A DNA stretch of 53,603 nt from Patescibacteria group bacterium (GCA_049604715.1 JBMYTV010000003.1:70228-123830), one strand, 5' to 3'. Positions 1 to 11,468 are shown, counted from the first letter of the stretch. The notes: generated by a model not told the origin, from the letters alone. Translations and numbers: made by a program.

Positions 1-512
1 CATAGCCGTTCAGCACCTTCAAGCTTTTCACTGCCTGTTAGCCAGTATGTATCCATAGATTCTCGTGCGGGATGATCTGGTGCAAAATTTAAATAATCAA
101 AAGCATACTGCTCACTAGTAATCTCAGGGCCTTCATATACCTCAAACCCAAGAGATAAAAATGCGTCATTGAGCGCATAGATCATTTGCGTGTGTGGATG
201 CAACGTACCGCGTTTAGTAGAGGTACCTGGCAGCGTCATATCAAATGACGACCCACTTGTGCCTTCATTGCCCTCGAGTTTCAAACGTAAGTCATTAAAA
301 GTTTTCTCAGCATCATTCTTAAGCTCATTCGCAAGAGCACCAAGTTCTTTTCTCATATCTTCTGGAACATCCTTGATCTTTTTGAAGGTGTCGGCAATTT
401 TACCTTTACGTCCAAAAAAAGCCACTTCAACTTCGCGAAGTGCTTCGCTATTTGAAACTGATGACAATACATCTTCGATCTCTTTTTTTAATTTCTTGAG
501 TTCGTCTTTCAT
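1..512 (-). CDS. pheS: Phenylalanine--tRNA ligase alpha subunit (5' part, runs off the left edge)
   Basis: Not in the ORF track. Manual translation from ATG at 512: MKDELKKLK...FFGRKGKI...DMTLPG...GTLHPHT...GFEVYEGPEI...FDYLNFAPDHPARESMDTYW, all PheS hallmarks. Confidence 0.95.
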   Translation of the reverse strand, partial: MKDELKKLKKEIEDVLSSVSNSEALREVEVAFFGRKGKIADTFKKIKDVPEDMRKELGALANELKNDAEKTFNDLRLKLEGNEGTSGSSFDMTLPGTSTKRGTLHPHTQMIYALNDAFLSLGFEVYEGPEITSEQYAFDYLNFAPDHPARESMDTYWLTGSEKLEGAERL

Positions 513-518
513 CGTATA

Positions 519-908
519 CTACTCTCTAACGTCCTTTTTTGTCAGTGATAAAAAGAAAAATTCTACAACTGCAAGTACCACAATAAGTAATAGTAAATTC
601 CACACAGTCAACAGATCACGCGCTTGTAACCAAAGAGATATAACCACAAGGACACCAAACCAAAGTGCTTGCCTAAATGTCACTGCAACTTGTTTGAATG
701 CTACCTCGCCTTTCAAGAGCCTAGAGCGTAATATAAACCCGCAAACTGATAATGTTGCTACTGTAGCCAAAAACAACATGCCGTAGAAAAGCGCATAACC
801 CATTCCGCCAGCCTCGTCAGGATTTATGTTACTTACAACAAAGCCAAAACCAAACCAACAGATCAGAGCTATAATACTCATTAAAAAAAGGTACTTTTTT
901 AAAGTCAT
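519..908 (-). CDS. Hypothetical membrane protein (about 4 TM)
   Basis: 129 aa ORF with four hydrophobic segments, immediately upstream of pheS. Confidence 0.75.
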   Translation of the reverse strand: MTLKKYLFLMSIIALICWFGFGFVVSNINPDEAGGMGYALFYGMLFLATVATLSVCGFILRSRLLKGEVAFKQVAVTFRQALWFGVLVVISLWLQARDLLTVWNLLLLIVVLAVVEFFFLSLTKKDVRE

Positions 909-1023
909 GGGGCTAGGGGAAAATAAAAATAATGCTTTTTAAGCATCTTTAGTATACCATGAAAAACCAAATGATCACAAGCCTCAATATGGGGATATTT
1001 TAAGCTAATGTTAGCTTAAAATA

Positions 1024-1320
1024 CTATAATAAATACCTTAATCTATCTACTACAACACCGGTGTTTTGATTCTTCAAAAAGTCAAGTATTTCTTGTTCTT
1101 TTAGCTTCATTTCTTGTGCTAATGGTGAACTAGTCACAGCTACAGTAAGTGTATTATTCTTCACATATAGCGGCTTCATATCCTGCTCTACTTGGTTACC
1201 CCATAACTCCTTGGCCTTTTTCATAAATAATTCCAAAACAACAGTAGCCTCTAACTGCTCACCTGCTTTTGATTTCTTAATATGATCAGGAAGAATACTC
1301 CCAATTGACGTAAATGCCAT
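1024..1320 (-). CDS. DUF721/DciA-family protein (replicative helicase loader-like)
   Basis: 98 aa; motif NNTLTVAVTSSPLAQEMKLKEQEIL resembles the DUF721 core. Confidence 0.7.
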   Translation of the reverse strand: MAFTSIGSILPDHIKKSKAGEQLEATVVLELFMKKAKELWGNQVEQDMKPLYVKNNTLTVAVTSSPLAQEMKLKEQEILDFLKNQNTGVVVDRLRYLL

Positions 1321-1387
1321 GTAGTTATAGTATTATCTGTATTAAGTATAGCGCACATGTACAACAAAACAAGGAGTGTATAACGAA

Positions 1388-1783
1388 ATGTCATTTAAAG
1401 GAGATGAATTTCGCGTATTATTCTTTTTTTTGAATCACAATGACTTAAGCTATAAAATAAGCGATGACCTATCAAGTTTTCTGCTGAATGAACATATCAC
1501 ATACACATACGCTAGAGCAGATTCAGAAGTTGAAGCTAAGCGACTTTTAAAAAGATCGTATAATTTGTTCATCACAGATCGATACACTATACAGAAATGC
1601 GAAAGTGTCTTTGCCTTTATCAGATCCCGCAGCAGTAAAAAACTTATACTGTCATGTAGTCGATTCACAAATCGAAACAATCATATTAAAAGAAGATACA
1701 AGATTGTTGCCCCAAATCAAATAACACGCACCATTGCAATGCGGATAATTTGGTCACGCTATTTTAAACCCCAACAAAACTAA
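1388..1783 (+). CDS. Hypothetical protein, degenerate receiver (REC)-like
   Basis: AAGGAG at 1371-1376, ATG 1388; ADSEVEAKRLLKRSYNLFITD resembles REC alpha2-beta3; terminator at 3' end. Confidence 0.5.
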   Translation: MSFKGDEFRVLFFFLNHNDLSYKISDDLSSFLLNEHITYTYARADSEVEAKRLLKRSYNLFITDRYTIQKCESVFAFIRSRSSKKLILSCSRFTNRNNHIKRRYKIVAPNQITRTIAMRIIWSRYFKPQQN

Positions 1784-1796
1784 CTGTTGGGGTTTT
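1766..1796. terminator. Bidirectional intrinsic terminator
   Basis: AAACCCCAACA...TGTTGGGGTTT 11-bp inverted repeat between convergent genes. Confidence 0.75.
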
Positions 1797-1797
1797 A

Positions 1798-4767
1798 TCA
1801 TGCCTGAGAGTAGTCACATATTGCGTTGAAGTCACAATACGTACATGTAAACTTTGAGGGAGTTGGCTCAAAGTTGCCACTTAGAATCTTCTCTATGGTC
1901 TCTACAACATCTTTTTGTAATTTTTCTAGTTGTTTGTCAGAACCAACAAAACTTACTCTTTTACCATCATCAAGATAATAAAACGTCAAAGCCTTTACCT
2001 CCCCGTGCATTGCCTGCTGAGCAGCTAGTTGATAAATCAAAAGCTGCGTTTTTTTGACTTCCTTTTCTGATTTGGACCGCCCTGTTTTGTAATCTATAAT
2101 CTCAATACCATCTTCATGCTTATCAATCCTGTCCATCACTCCCTTGAGTACATAATCACCAATTTTTACATTAAACCCTTTTTCAAGTGCCTCAGGCACT
2201 ATTCTTTTTTCTGACCAATCTTTATAAAAAGCTTTGAGTGAATCTTTGCCTTTTTGCTTGTATTCATCATGCTGCTTTTTTGATTCATACCAATCATCAA
2301 GCCAATTCTCTTCATAAAGCCGGATTAAATCCTTTTCATTAGCCTTTATACCAGGAGTATTTTCAGCAGCTGTAGCAAATAGGTCACCTTGCCGGCTCCC
2401 TGCTTGCTCGCGTACAAGCGTAAAAAACTGCTGCAGCGTTGCGTGCATAGTTTTACCAAAACTAAAAGTGTGTTTACCTCTTACAGGAATCCTAAGTACA
2501 TGTGCATACTTATATTGCAGTGGACAATTCCGATATGCCTCAAGCTGGGTAAACGAGAACTTCTTCTTACCCACCTGTGCGTCTTTTGTGGCCTGTGTTT
2601 TTGTTGGTACTGGTTTTATTTCTGGCTTCTTTACATCTTTGATTTGCTTTTCTTCCTCTTCTGGAGCAAGGGATAACTCCTGTAAAAATTTACTTGGTTT
2701 TTTTGGCCTACTCCCACCATAGTCATATGCACCAGTAAGATATAAAGATTCCTTGGCACGCGTCATTGCAACATACATCAAACGCCTCTCCTCTTGTATA
2801 TGACTATCACCGACCGGAAGGATATCTTTCACTAGCTCGTCAGGTAGTATGATAGGATCTTTTCTACTAATAGTTGGGAACCTCTTATCAACAAGGTTTG
2901 GTATAAATACATGAGGGAACTCTAAGCCTTTCGCTCCGTGTATTGTCATAATACGCACCATATCAGGACCAGTTTCAATATCCCACTGCAAACTACCAGT
3001 ATCACCAGCAGCCAGCTCCATTTCAAACTCTATTAAGAAATCACTAACTGACGGGTTTTCTTGTGACTGCTCAAACTGCTTAACTCTATTTGCAAACTGA
3101 TTAAGCAAGCCGAACTGTTCCTTGGTTTTTTGCGGTGCCATATTCTCTAAATACTTGATATATCCAGTATCTTGCAGAAATGCCAATATGACTTTCCATA
3201 CTGACTGTGTTTGTACCAAGCTTGTATGCCTATCAATCCATGACACAAGTTTTTGTACCTCAAATACTGTTTGCTCTTCAACCTTTGGTATACTAGCAAT
3301 GTTCCTGAGTACTTCGAACAAAGACCATTGCTTTCGACCTGCCCAATATAATAAATTTGCAACTTGATACTGTTTTATATCCAAAACTGGTAAGTGTAGT
3401 ATGCGATACAGTGCCGGTGACTCACGGTAGTCATCAAGAAGTCTTAAATAATTCACAATATCCCGCACAACTGGTTTGCTATAAAGTCCTTTGGCTGCCA
3501 AAAACTGATGTGGAATTCCACGCTCCTCAAGTCCTTGCACAAACTGATCAGCCGCATCATTTGCCCTAACCAAGATGACATAATCACTCCATAATGGCTC
3601 AGGTGACTTTTCATAAAGCGACACAATTGTATCAAGCACATACTCGACTTCTCCATCAAGATCATGGGCAAAATGAGTAACTATATTTCCTTTTCTATCA
3701 GTATGTGCAAGCAGCTTTTTTGACAATGCATCTGAAGACAACTCTTGCAACTTCACCTCAAGACGATCTGGGTTGTTGAGTTTAATGAATTCGTAGGATG
3801 CGTCTAAAATGTTTTGCGGTGAACGATAATTGGTTTGTAAAAATATTTCTACTGATTCCGGATAGTCTTTTTTAAAATTCAAAATATTTGATACAGATGC
3901 ACCGCGAAATTTATAAATTGACTGATCATCATCACCAACCACCGTAATGTTCTTTTTCTCTCCAGCAAGAAGCTTAATAAGTTCATATTGAGCAAAGTTT
4001 GTATCTTGAAACTCATCAACCAAAATATACGCAAACTGTTCTTGATATGCCTTTAATATATGAGGGCGAGTCCTAAATAGCTTCAGTGTATATAAGATAA
4101 GATCACCAAAATCAAGCGCATCGTGCTCCAAAAGTAGTTGCTGGTATGTATGATACGCTGATGCCACTTCGCGGATGCGAGAAGCCTCCACAGCAGCACT
4201 CTCATCACTATGAGAAGCTTTGCCGCTACTTGACTCCATACCATCAAGATCTGAGATGAGGCCCTCTGCATGTGCAAGATAATCTTCTGGGTATACTTCT
4301 TCGTCTTTACACCTTGAAAAATGTGACAATAATGCATGGATAAACTTAGTTGGATTACCTAGAGGACGGTAATAATCAAGATCAAAACGATCTAAATTCT
4401 TCTTTATAAGAAGCCAACTTTCAGTTTGGTTTAGCAGAGAAAACTGATGTGGCAGACCAATATCAAGTGCATGTTCTTTTAAAAGACGTTCACAAAAGGC
4501 ATGAAACGTACTTACCCACAAATCAACATACCCGTATGGCAAAGCTGCATCTACCCTATCCTCCATTTCACCAGCCGCTTTTTCAGTAAATGTAAGGGCT
4601 AGTATTTGATCAGGTGAAAGATTTTTTTGTTGAATAAGCCAACTTATCCGTTCAGTAATCACTGTGGTTTTACCTGTACCAGCACCAGCTACGATCAAGA
4701 GAGGCCCTTTCTCATGTTGGACTGCTTGTGCTTGTTCTTTATTCAACTGAGGACTTTTTTCTTCCAT
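1798..4767 (-). CDS. UvrD/PcrA-family SF1 helicase with C-terminal PD-(D/E)XK nuclease (AdnB/AddA-like)
   Basis: AGAGTGKT, DEFQD, VGDDDQSIY, NYRS, TIHGAKGLEF, EERRLMYVAMTRA; C-terminal GVMDRID...IIDYKTG and Cys pattern C...CxxCxxxxxC. Confidence 0.93.
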   Translation of the reverse strand: MEEKSPQLNKEQAQAVQHEKGPLLIVAGAGTGKTTVITERISWLIQQKNLSPDQILALTFTEKAAGEMEDRVDAALPYGYVDLWVSTFHAFCERLLKEHALDIGLPHQFSLLNQTESWLLIKKNLDRFDLDYYRPLGNPTKFIHALLSHFSRCKDEEVYPEDYLAHAEGLISDLDGMESSSGKASHSDESAAVEASRIREVASAYHTYQQLLLEHDALDFGDLILYTLKLFRTRPHILKAYQEQFAYILVDEFQDTNFAQYELIKLLAGEKKNITVVGDDDQSIYKFRGASVSNILNFKKDYPESVEIFLQTNYRSPQNILDASYEFIKLNNPDRLEVKLQELSSDALSKKLLAHTDRKGNIVTHFAHDLDGEVEYVLDTIVSLYEKSPEPLWSDYVILVRANDAADQFVQGLEERGIPHQFLAAKGLYSKPVVRDIVNYLRLLDDYRESPALYRILHLPVLDIKQYQVANLLYWAGRKQWSLFEVLRNIASIPKVEEQTVFEVQKLVSWIDRHTSLVQTQSVWKVILAFLQDTGYIKYLENMAPQKTKEQFGLLNQFANRVKQFEQSQENPSVSDFLIEFEMELAAGDTGSLQWDIETGPDMVRIMTIHGAKGLEFPHVFIPNLVDKRFPTISRKDPIILPDELVKDILPVGDSHIQEERRLMYVAMTRAKESLYLTGAYDYGGSRPKKPSKFLQELSLAPEEEEKQIKDVKKPEIKPVPTKTQATKDAQVGKKKFSFTQLEAYRNCPLQYKYAHVLRIPVRGKHTFSFGKTMHATLQQFFTLVREQAGSRQGDLFATAAENTPGIKANEKDLIRLYEENWLDDWYESKKQHDEYKQKGKDSLKAFYKDWSEKRIVPEALEKGFNVKIGDYVLKGVMDRIDKHEDGIEIIDYKTGRSKSEKEVKKTQLLIYQLAAQQAMHGEVKALTFYYLDDGKRVSFVGSDKQLEKLQKDVVETIEKILSGNFEPTPSKFTCTYCDFNAICDYSQA

Positions 4768-4808
4768 AACTATAGTGTATCATGGCTTGGTATAAAGGCT
4801 AAGTAATC

Positions 4809-4837
4809 AAAAAACCAAGGACAATGCCCTTGGTTTT
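4809..4837 (-). terminator. Intrinsic terminator of the atp operon
   Basis: AAAACCAAGG-7nt-CCTTGGTTTT with T6 on the minus strand after atpC. Confidence 0.8.
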
Positions 4838-4854
4838 AGCTTTATAAAACAATA

Positions 4855-5271
4855 CTATAAGCGTTTGTACTTCTTTCCTACCTTTACGCGAGCAAGTTCT
4901 TTTTCAAGCTGTGCTTGCATACGAGCAAACGCAACGTCATCTAGGTTTTCTTTTTCTTTTAGCATTTCTTCAACCCGAGCTCGAGCTGCCTCAGCACGCT
5001 CAATATCAATCTCTTCAGCACGCTCAGCTGAATCAGCTAAAATGATTACCTCGCTATTTGGCCTTACTTCCAAAAATCCAGAAGACACTGACAATAACAA
5101 CTCTGCACCATCTTTACGTACCATCACCTGACCTGGTTCAATCATTGAAACCAAAGGTGTGTGGCGTGACAGCACTGTAATCTCACCATCTTTGGTGGGC
5201 AGAGTTACGCTATCTACCTCATCTTGGTAAACTGTTTTCTCAAGTGTAATTATTCTAAACTGAATTTTCAT
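4855..5271 (-). CDS. atpC: ATP synthase F1 epsilon
   Basis: LPTKDGEITVLSRHTPL, SGFLEV, ILADSAERAEEID; operon position. Confidence 0.96.
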   Translation of the reverse strand: MKIQFRIITLEKTVYQDEVDSVTLPTKDGEITVLSRHTPLVSMIEPGQVMVRKDGAELLLSVSSGFLEVRPNSEVIILADSAERAEEIDIERAEAARARVEEMLKEKENLDDVAFARMQAQLEKELARVKVGKKYKRL

Positions 5272-5275
5272 ATGC

Positions 5276-6670
<1,395 letters not shown>

Positions 6671-6674
6671 CTAA

Positions 6675-7574
6675 TTATTGTAAAGCTTCAGCGCCAGTTG
6701 CAATCTCAATAATCTCCTGTGTAATACTTGCTTGGCGTGCTTTGTTATATGTTAGTGTAAGTGAGTCAATCATGTCGCTAGCATTTTCTGATGCGCTCTT
6801 CATAGCAACCATACGTGAACTATGCTCTGATGCATTTGACTCAAGCAGTGACTGATAAATCTGTACCTCAGTTAAAATAGGTAATATGTATTCGAGTACA
6901 GCATCCTCACTTGGCTCAAATGTATACAGCTGCATTGAGTCTAACTTTGTTTCTTCTTGTGACTGCAAAGAACCAGTATCAGCAATAGACTGCAACAAGT
7001 GATCTTTGGTTACAGGCAATAAACCTCTAATTTCAACTTGGCTGCTCATAGCAGAAATAAAATTTGTAAATACACACCGTACGCGTCGGTACTCACTAGT
7101 TTCATACTCTTCGAGCACAAGACGTGTCAATCCTCGAATATCATCTGGTGTCACTGTGTCAGGAAACTCAATAAAACTACCCTTAACATGCAGGTTCATT
7201 TTGCGAGCAAAACGCTCTGCGTATTTACCAACTGTAATGGCATGAATCTCCTCATCATGATTGTCAATATATTGTTTTAGCTCTTTAAAAACGCTGACAT
7301 TGAAACTACCACAAAGACCTTTGTTTGATGCCATGATAATAAGCAATGTTTTTTGACCTTCTCCTTCTCGAAGCAACGGGTGCTGCAAAAGACGATCGCC
7401 AGCAATAGCAACAAGTAACTCAAGGGCACGTTTTGCAAACTCACGGCTTGCCAGCGAGCGTTCTACTGCTTTGCGCATTTTACTTGCAGCCACCATCTCC
7501 ATTGCCTTGGTGATCTTCTTGGTGTTGGCAACTGATTTTATACGTCCTTTAATTGCTTTTGTAGAAACAGGCAT
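6675..7574 (-). CDS. atpG: ATP synthase F1 gamma
   Basis: KITKAMEMVAASK, KGLCG, RQASITQEIIEI. Confidence 0.98.
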   Translation of the reverse strand: MPVSTKAIKGRIKSVANTKKITKAMEMVAASKMRKAVERSLASREFAKRALELLVAIAGDRLLQHPLLREGEGQKTLLIIMASNKGLCGSFNVSVFKELKQYIDNHDEEIHAITVGKYAERFARKMNLHVKGSFIEFPDTVTPDDIRGLTRLVLEEYETSEYRRVRCVFTNFISAMSSQVEIRGLLPVTKDHLLQSIADTGSLQSQEETKLDSMQLYTFEPSEDAVLEYILPILTEVQIYQSLLESNASEHSSRMVAMKSASENASDMIDSLTLTYNKARQASITQEIIEIATGAEALQ

Positions 7575-7579
7575 TATGT

Positions 7580-9067
7580 TTATGCGTAGTTAAAATCTGA
7601 TACTGCTTGATGTAGATCCTTTTCAATGGCCTCATCCCATCCAGTGACTAGTGTCTCAAGTACACTACCATGGGTGCTGGTCATGTATGTTGCGAACTTT
7701 TCTTCCCAATCAGTAATTTGCTCAACTGGAACTTGGTCCACAAATCCATTGGTAGCTGCATAAATTACTGCAACCTGTAATGACACTGGAAGCGGTGAAT
7801 ACTGTGGTTGTTTCAAAAGCTCTGCTAAACGTGCACCACGCTCGAGTTGTTGTTTGGTTGCTTCATCAAGATCAGATGCAAACTGAGCAAAAGCTTCGAG
7901 CTCACGGTACTGTGCTAGAGCAAGTTTTACTTTACCAGCGACCTTTTTCATAGATTTAATCTGCGCACTACCACCTACTCTAGATACTGAAAAACCAACG
8001 TTTACTGCCGGGCGAAAACCTTTGTTAAACAAGTCAGTTTCTAGGAAAATCTGTCCATCTGTAATCGAAATAACATTTGTTGGAATATATGCACTAATAT
8101 CACCAGCCTGTGTTTCAATAATAGGAAGCGCGGTAATAGATCCGCCGCCAGATTCTTTATTACGTCGACATGCGCGTTCAAGAAGACGTGAATGAAGATA
8201 AAACACATCACCTGGGTATGCCTCACGTCCTGGTGGGCGTCGAAGTAACAGTGACATCTCACGATATGCTGAAGCCTGCTTTGAAAGATCATCATAAATA
8301 ATCAAAACATCCTTACCCTTATCCATAAAGTACTCAGCAAGTGTTACGCCGGCGTATGGAGCAAGCCACAATAATGGTGCTGGATCAGATGCACCAGCTG
8401 CAACAACGGTGGTGTATTCCATAGCACCTGCCTCTTCAAGTTTATTTACAATACGAGCCACCTTAGCTTCCTTCTGACCAATAGCAACATACACACACAT
8501 CATATCTTGCCCTTTTTGGTTGATAATTGCATCGATAGCAATAGCAGTCTTACCGGTCTGACGATCACCAATAACAAGCTCACGCTGTCCTCGCCCAATT
8601 GGAATAAGTGCATCAATTGCCTTAATACCAGTTTGTACTGGTTGACTCACTGGTTCGCGGGTCATAACTCCTGGCGCAATCCGTTCAATAGGCATAGTCA
8701 AGTCTGACTTAATATCTCCCTTTCCATCAATACCTTGAGCTAGAGGGTTAATAACACGTCCCACAAAAGCGTCGCCAACTGGGATAGACAACACCTTACC
8801 GGTTCGTTTGACAGTGTCACCTTCTTTAATATGTTGAAAATCTCCAAGCAACACCGCACCAACAGTCTCTTCTTCTAAATTCAATGCCACCCCAATAGTG
8901 CCGCCAGGAAACTCAAGCATCTCTGATGCTTGGCACTGACCAAGGCCGGTCATACGAGCAATACCGTCACCCACTGCAGTCACAGTTCCTACTTCCCGGA
9001 TGTCGACCTCTGATTCGTATGCTTTGATACGATCTTGTAATTGTTTTAATACTGCATCAACACTCAT
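7580..9067 (-). CDS. atpA: ATP synthase F1 alpha
   Basis: [29 protein letters not shown]. Confidence 0.99.
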   Translation of the reverse strand: MSVDAVLKQLQDRIKAYESEVDIREVGTVTAVGDGIARMTGLGQCQASEMLEFPGGTIGVALNLEEETVGAVLLGDFQHIKEGDTVKRTGKVLSIPVGDAFVGRVINPLAQGIDGKGDIKSDLTMPIERIAPGVMTREPVSQPVQTGIKAIDALIPIGRGQRELVIGDRQTGKTAIAIDAIINQKGQDMMCVYVAIGQKEAKVARIVNKLEEAGAMEYTTVVAAGASDPAPLLWLAPYAGVTLAEYFMDKGKDVLIIYDDLSKQASAYREMSLLLRRPPGREAYPGDVFYLHSRLLERACRRNKESGGGSITALPIIETQAGDISAYIPTNVISITDGQIFLETDLFNKGFRPAVNVGFSVSRVGGSAQIKSMKKVAGKVKLALAQYRELEAFAQFASDLDEATKQQLERGARLAELLKQPQYSPLPVSLQVAVIYAATNGFVDQVPVEQITDWEEKFATYMTSTHGSVLETLVTGWDEAIEKDLHQAVSDFNYA

Positions 9068-9081
9068 AACGTTTGTTTAAT

Positions 9082-9459
9082 TTAAGATAATAAAGATTTT
9101 TTAATGTGAGCTAAACTGTTTTTAACACTAGCATCATATACAGTGTTATTGTACAAAGCTATAAAACCACCCATGATACTATCGTCAACCTGCACATCTA
9201 CCTCTGCCTTCCCTGCCTCTACATATGACGAAATACTATCATATACGGTTTTTGCATGCTCCTGACTAACTGTTATAGATAGCATCTCTTTTTGCTTGTC
9301 TGCCTGCTGCAGAGCCTCAAAATGTTTTACAACATTTGGCAAAAGAGCGATCATGTTCTTTTCTTCCATAAACTGCAAAAAAGTACTAACAACCTTCTTG
9401 GTATCCCTTTCTTGTTTTACTAATATATGTAATGTTTTTGCAAGCTCAGCTGCCTTCAT
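9082..9459 (-). CDS. atpH: ATP synthase delta (short form)
   Basis: VDDSIMGGF...YDASV C-terminal motif; lies between atpF and atpA. Confidence 0.88.
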   Translation of the reverse strand: MKAAELAKTLHILVKQERDTKKVVSTFLQFMEEKNMIALLPNVVKHFEALQQADKQKEMLSITVSQEHAKTVYDSISSYVEAGKAEVDVQVDDSIMGGFIALYNNTVYDASVKNSLAHIKKSLLS

Positions 9460-9460
9460 A

Positions 9461-9955
9461 TTACTTTGTTAGTTCTTTGATAAGTGCGCTTTCTGTTTTT
9501 GGATCGAGCTTCTGCTTCAAAATCTTCCCAGCCACCTCAAGTGCGATATCAACAGTTTTTGCTTGAAGCTCTCGCTCCATACGTTCACGTTCTTGCTTAA
9601 TAGCGCTACGTGCGTCTGCGACAATTTTTTCTACTTTAGCTTCTGCTTCTTCGGTTGCAGTTTGCTTCATACTTTCTGCTTGCTCATGCGCTTTGGTTAC
9701 GATGCCTTGCGCTTCTGCTCTGGCTTCGTTCATTTTCTTTTCATAATTCTCTTTTGCCATGACTAGCTCAGTACGTGCCTTTTCTGCATCTTCAAGACCC
9801 TTGCCTACTTCTTCTTGTCTCTTATTTAAAGTTCGTTTGATTGGTGCAAATGCGTATCGTTTAAGCAACCAAAAAATAATCAAAAAGTTCACTAAATTAG
9901 CTAGCGCCATTCGCCAGTCAAAACCAATTTTTCCTAAAATTTCCATGATGTCCAT
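9461..9955 (-). CDS. atpF: ATP synthase Fo b
   Basis: N-terminal TM (VNFLIIFWLLKRYAFAPI) followed by a charged coiled coil. Confidence 0.95.
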   Translation of the reverse strand: MDIMEILGKIGFDWRMALANLVNFLIIFWLLKRYAFAPIKRTLNKRQEEVGKGLEDAEKARTELVMAKENYEKKMNEARAEAQGIVTKAHEQAESMKQTATEEAEAKVEKIVADARSAIKQERERMERELQAKTVDIALEVAGKILKQKLDPKTESALIKELTK

Positions 9956-10040
9956 ACTATATGGAATTCAATTATTAATTCATGCGTATACGTAAGTCAC
10001 AAACTGAAACTTACGAATACGCACGAGCGTATTCGAATAA

Positions 10041-10256
10041 CTAGATGATGAAAAATGCAACCAGTGCGTAAATAGCTGTTGACTCAGCCATAGCCACACC
10101 AATAAGCATCTTTGTAAATAGTGAACCTTCCATCTCTGGGTTACGACCCATAGCCTGCAAAGCTGCCGCAATCAAAATACCTTCACCAACACCTGAGAGT
10201 CCCATAGTGATGGTTGCAAGCCCCTTAGCAATAAGTCGTGCTGCTTCAATATCCAT
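10041..10256 (-). CDS. atpE: ATP synthase Fo c subunit, Na+-binding signature
   Basis: GVGEG...GRNPE...AESTAIY. Confidence 0.96.
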   Translation of the reverse strand: MDIEAARLIAKGLATITMGLSGVGEGILIAAALQAMGRNPEMEGSLFTKMLIGVAMAESTAIYALVAFFII

Positions 10257-10280
10257 AGATAAATGCTTAATTATAAATTA

Positions 10281-11063
10281 TTATTTAGATTCTTGTTTAA
10301 TAGCTGTACCATAGTACGCTGCCACCAGTGCTCCAAACACGAGTGCCTGAATAACACCAGTAAAAATATTCATACCAAGCCATACTGCTGGCAATCCATA
10401 GGCAAGACCGCCAAGGATAATAACCATCAAAATTTCTCCAGCATAAATATTTCCAAATAAACGAACACTAAGTGATACAACCTTTGCAATCTCTGAAATG
10501 ATATCAAGTAATCCAATCAGAAAATCAATAATAGCAATTGCTCCTGCACCAAATCCTTCTTTAAATCCTGTGATAATTTCTTTTACTTTAATAAATCTTC
10601 CTATATAACCAAAAATTCCCCAATCAATCAAGCTCTGTAGCTGCACTAAAATCATCATAGCAAGTGCTAAAGCAAATGTAGTGTTAAAGTCAGTTGTTGG
10701 TGTACGAAATAAAGGCATGTCACCAACAGTGATGCTTGTAAACCCAGGAATAAGTCCAATCAGATTACTAACTCCAACAAAAATGAACAATGTCGCAATC
10801 ATTGGGAATATTTTTTCTGAAACTTCTCGCTTGCCTGTAATCTGATCAATAAGATTTAAAATTCCTTCCAAAAAAATTTCAACAACAGCCTGCGCCTTAC
10901 CTGGCTTAATACTCAAGTTTCGGTTAAACCAAATCAAAAAAATAACCAAGACAACAGTCATGAGATTAATCATAAGCAATGCGTTGGTTACAGGGAAATT
11001 ACCGATCATAAATAATGTATCGGGTTGAATCTCTGGTATTGTTCCTGGAACTTGAAAAAACAT
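10281..11063 (-). CDS. atpB: ATP synthase Fo a
   Basis: RTPTTDFNTT, SLSVRLFGNIYAGE, IQALVF. Confidence 0.96.
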   Translation of the reverse strand: MFFQVPGTIPEIQPDTLFMIGNFPVTNALLMINLMTVVLVIFLIWFNRNLSIKPGKAQAVVEIFLEGILNLIDQITGKREVSEKIFPMIATLFIFVGVSNLIGLIPGFTSITVGDMPLFRTPTTDFNTTFALALAMMILVQLQSLIDWGIFGYIGRFIKVKEIITGFKEGFGAGAIAIIDFLIGLLDIISEIAKVVSLSVRLFGNIYAGEILMVIILGGLAYGLPAVWLGMNIFTGVIQALVFGALVAAYYGTAIKQESK

Positions 11064-11066
11064 AAA

Positions 11067-11378
11067 TTAGTTATCAGGCGTTTCTTGTTTTGCTTTGGCT
11101 TCACGCGCTTTCTGCTCGATCTCTTTGGATTCTTTATTGAGTCTGACGTACATTCTCGCTACCCACACCCACGAAAGAACAAATGCGCATCCAAGTAGTA
11201 TAAGCCGGTAAGTATTGCCTCCTGTTTCAAATCGAAGATCAAGTGCTCCGCCAATCCAAAAAGCAGCCACTGCTGGCACACCAAAAATGATTGCTATATA
11301 AAGCATCATGCGAAAAATTTTCGCTCTGTATTCCTCACGTAAATCGTGAATTTCTTGTGGAGTTTCTGTATTGTCCAT
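11067..11378 (-). CDS. AtpZ/AtpI-like membrane protein
   Basis: Two TM helices around GGALD; first gene of the atp operon. Confidence 0.7.
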   Translation of the reverse strand: MDNTETPQEIHDLREEYRAKIFRMMLYIAIIFGVPAVAAFWIGGALDLRFETGGNTYRLILLGCAFVLSWVWVARMYVRLNKESKEIEQKAREAKAKQETPDN

Positions 11379-11439
11379 ATTTTTTATCGAAAGAAAAAAG
11401 GCAATCCGAAAGGGAAAGCTTTTTATACATTCGCGGCTA

Positions 11440-11468
11440 ATTATACAGCAAAAACTTCAATCTATCAA
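11440..11468 (-). promoter_or_regulatory. sigma70 promoter of the atp operon
   Basis: TTGATA-17nt-TATAAT on the minus strand. Confidence 0.75.

Noticed and set aside
190-786. 198-aa plus-strand ORF
   Set aside because: Antisense shadow of pheS and the upstream membrane gene; Ser/Phe-rich with no motifs
920-947. Hairpin plus U tract in the leader upstream of the pheS unit (possible Phe attenuator or T-box)
   Set aside because: Weak AU-rich stem, leader of only about 35 nt, no Phe-rich uORF and no T-box motif
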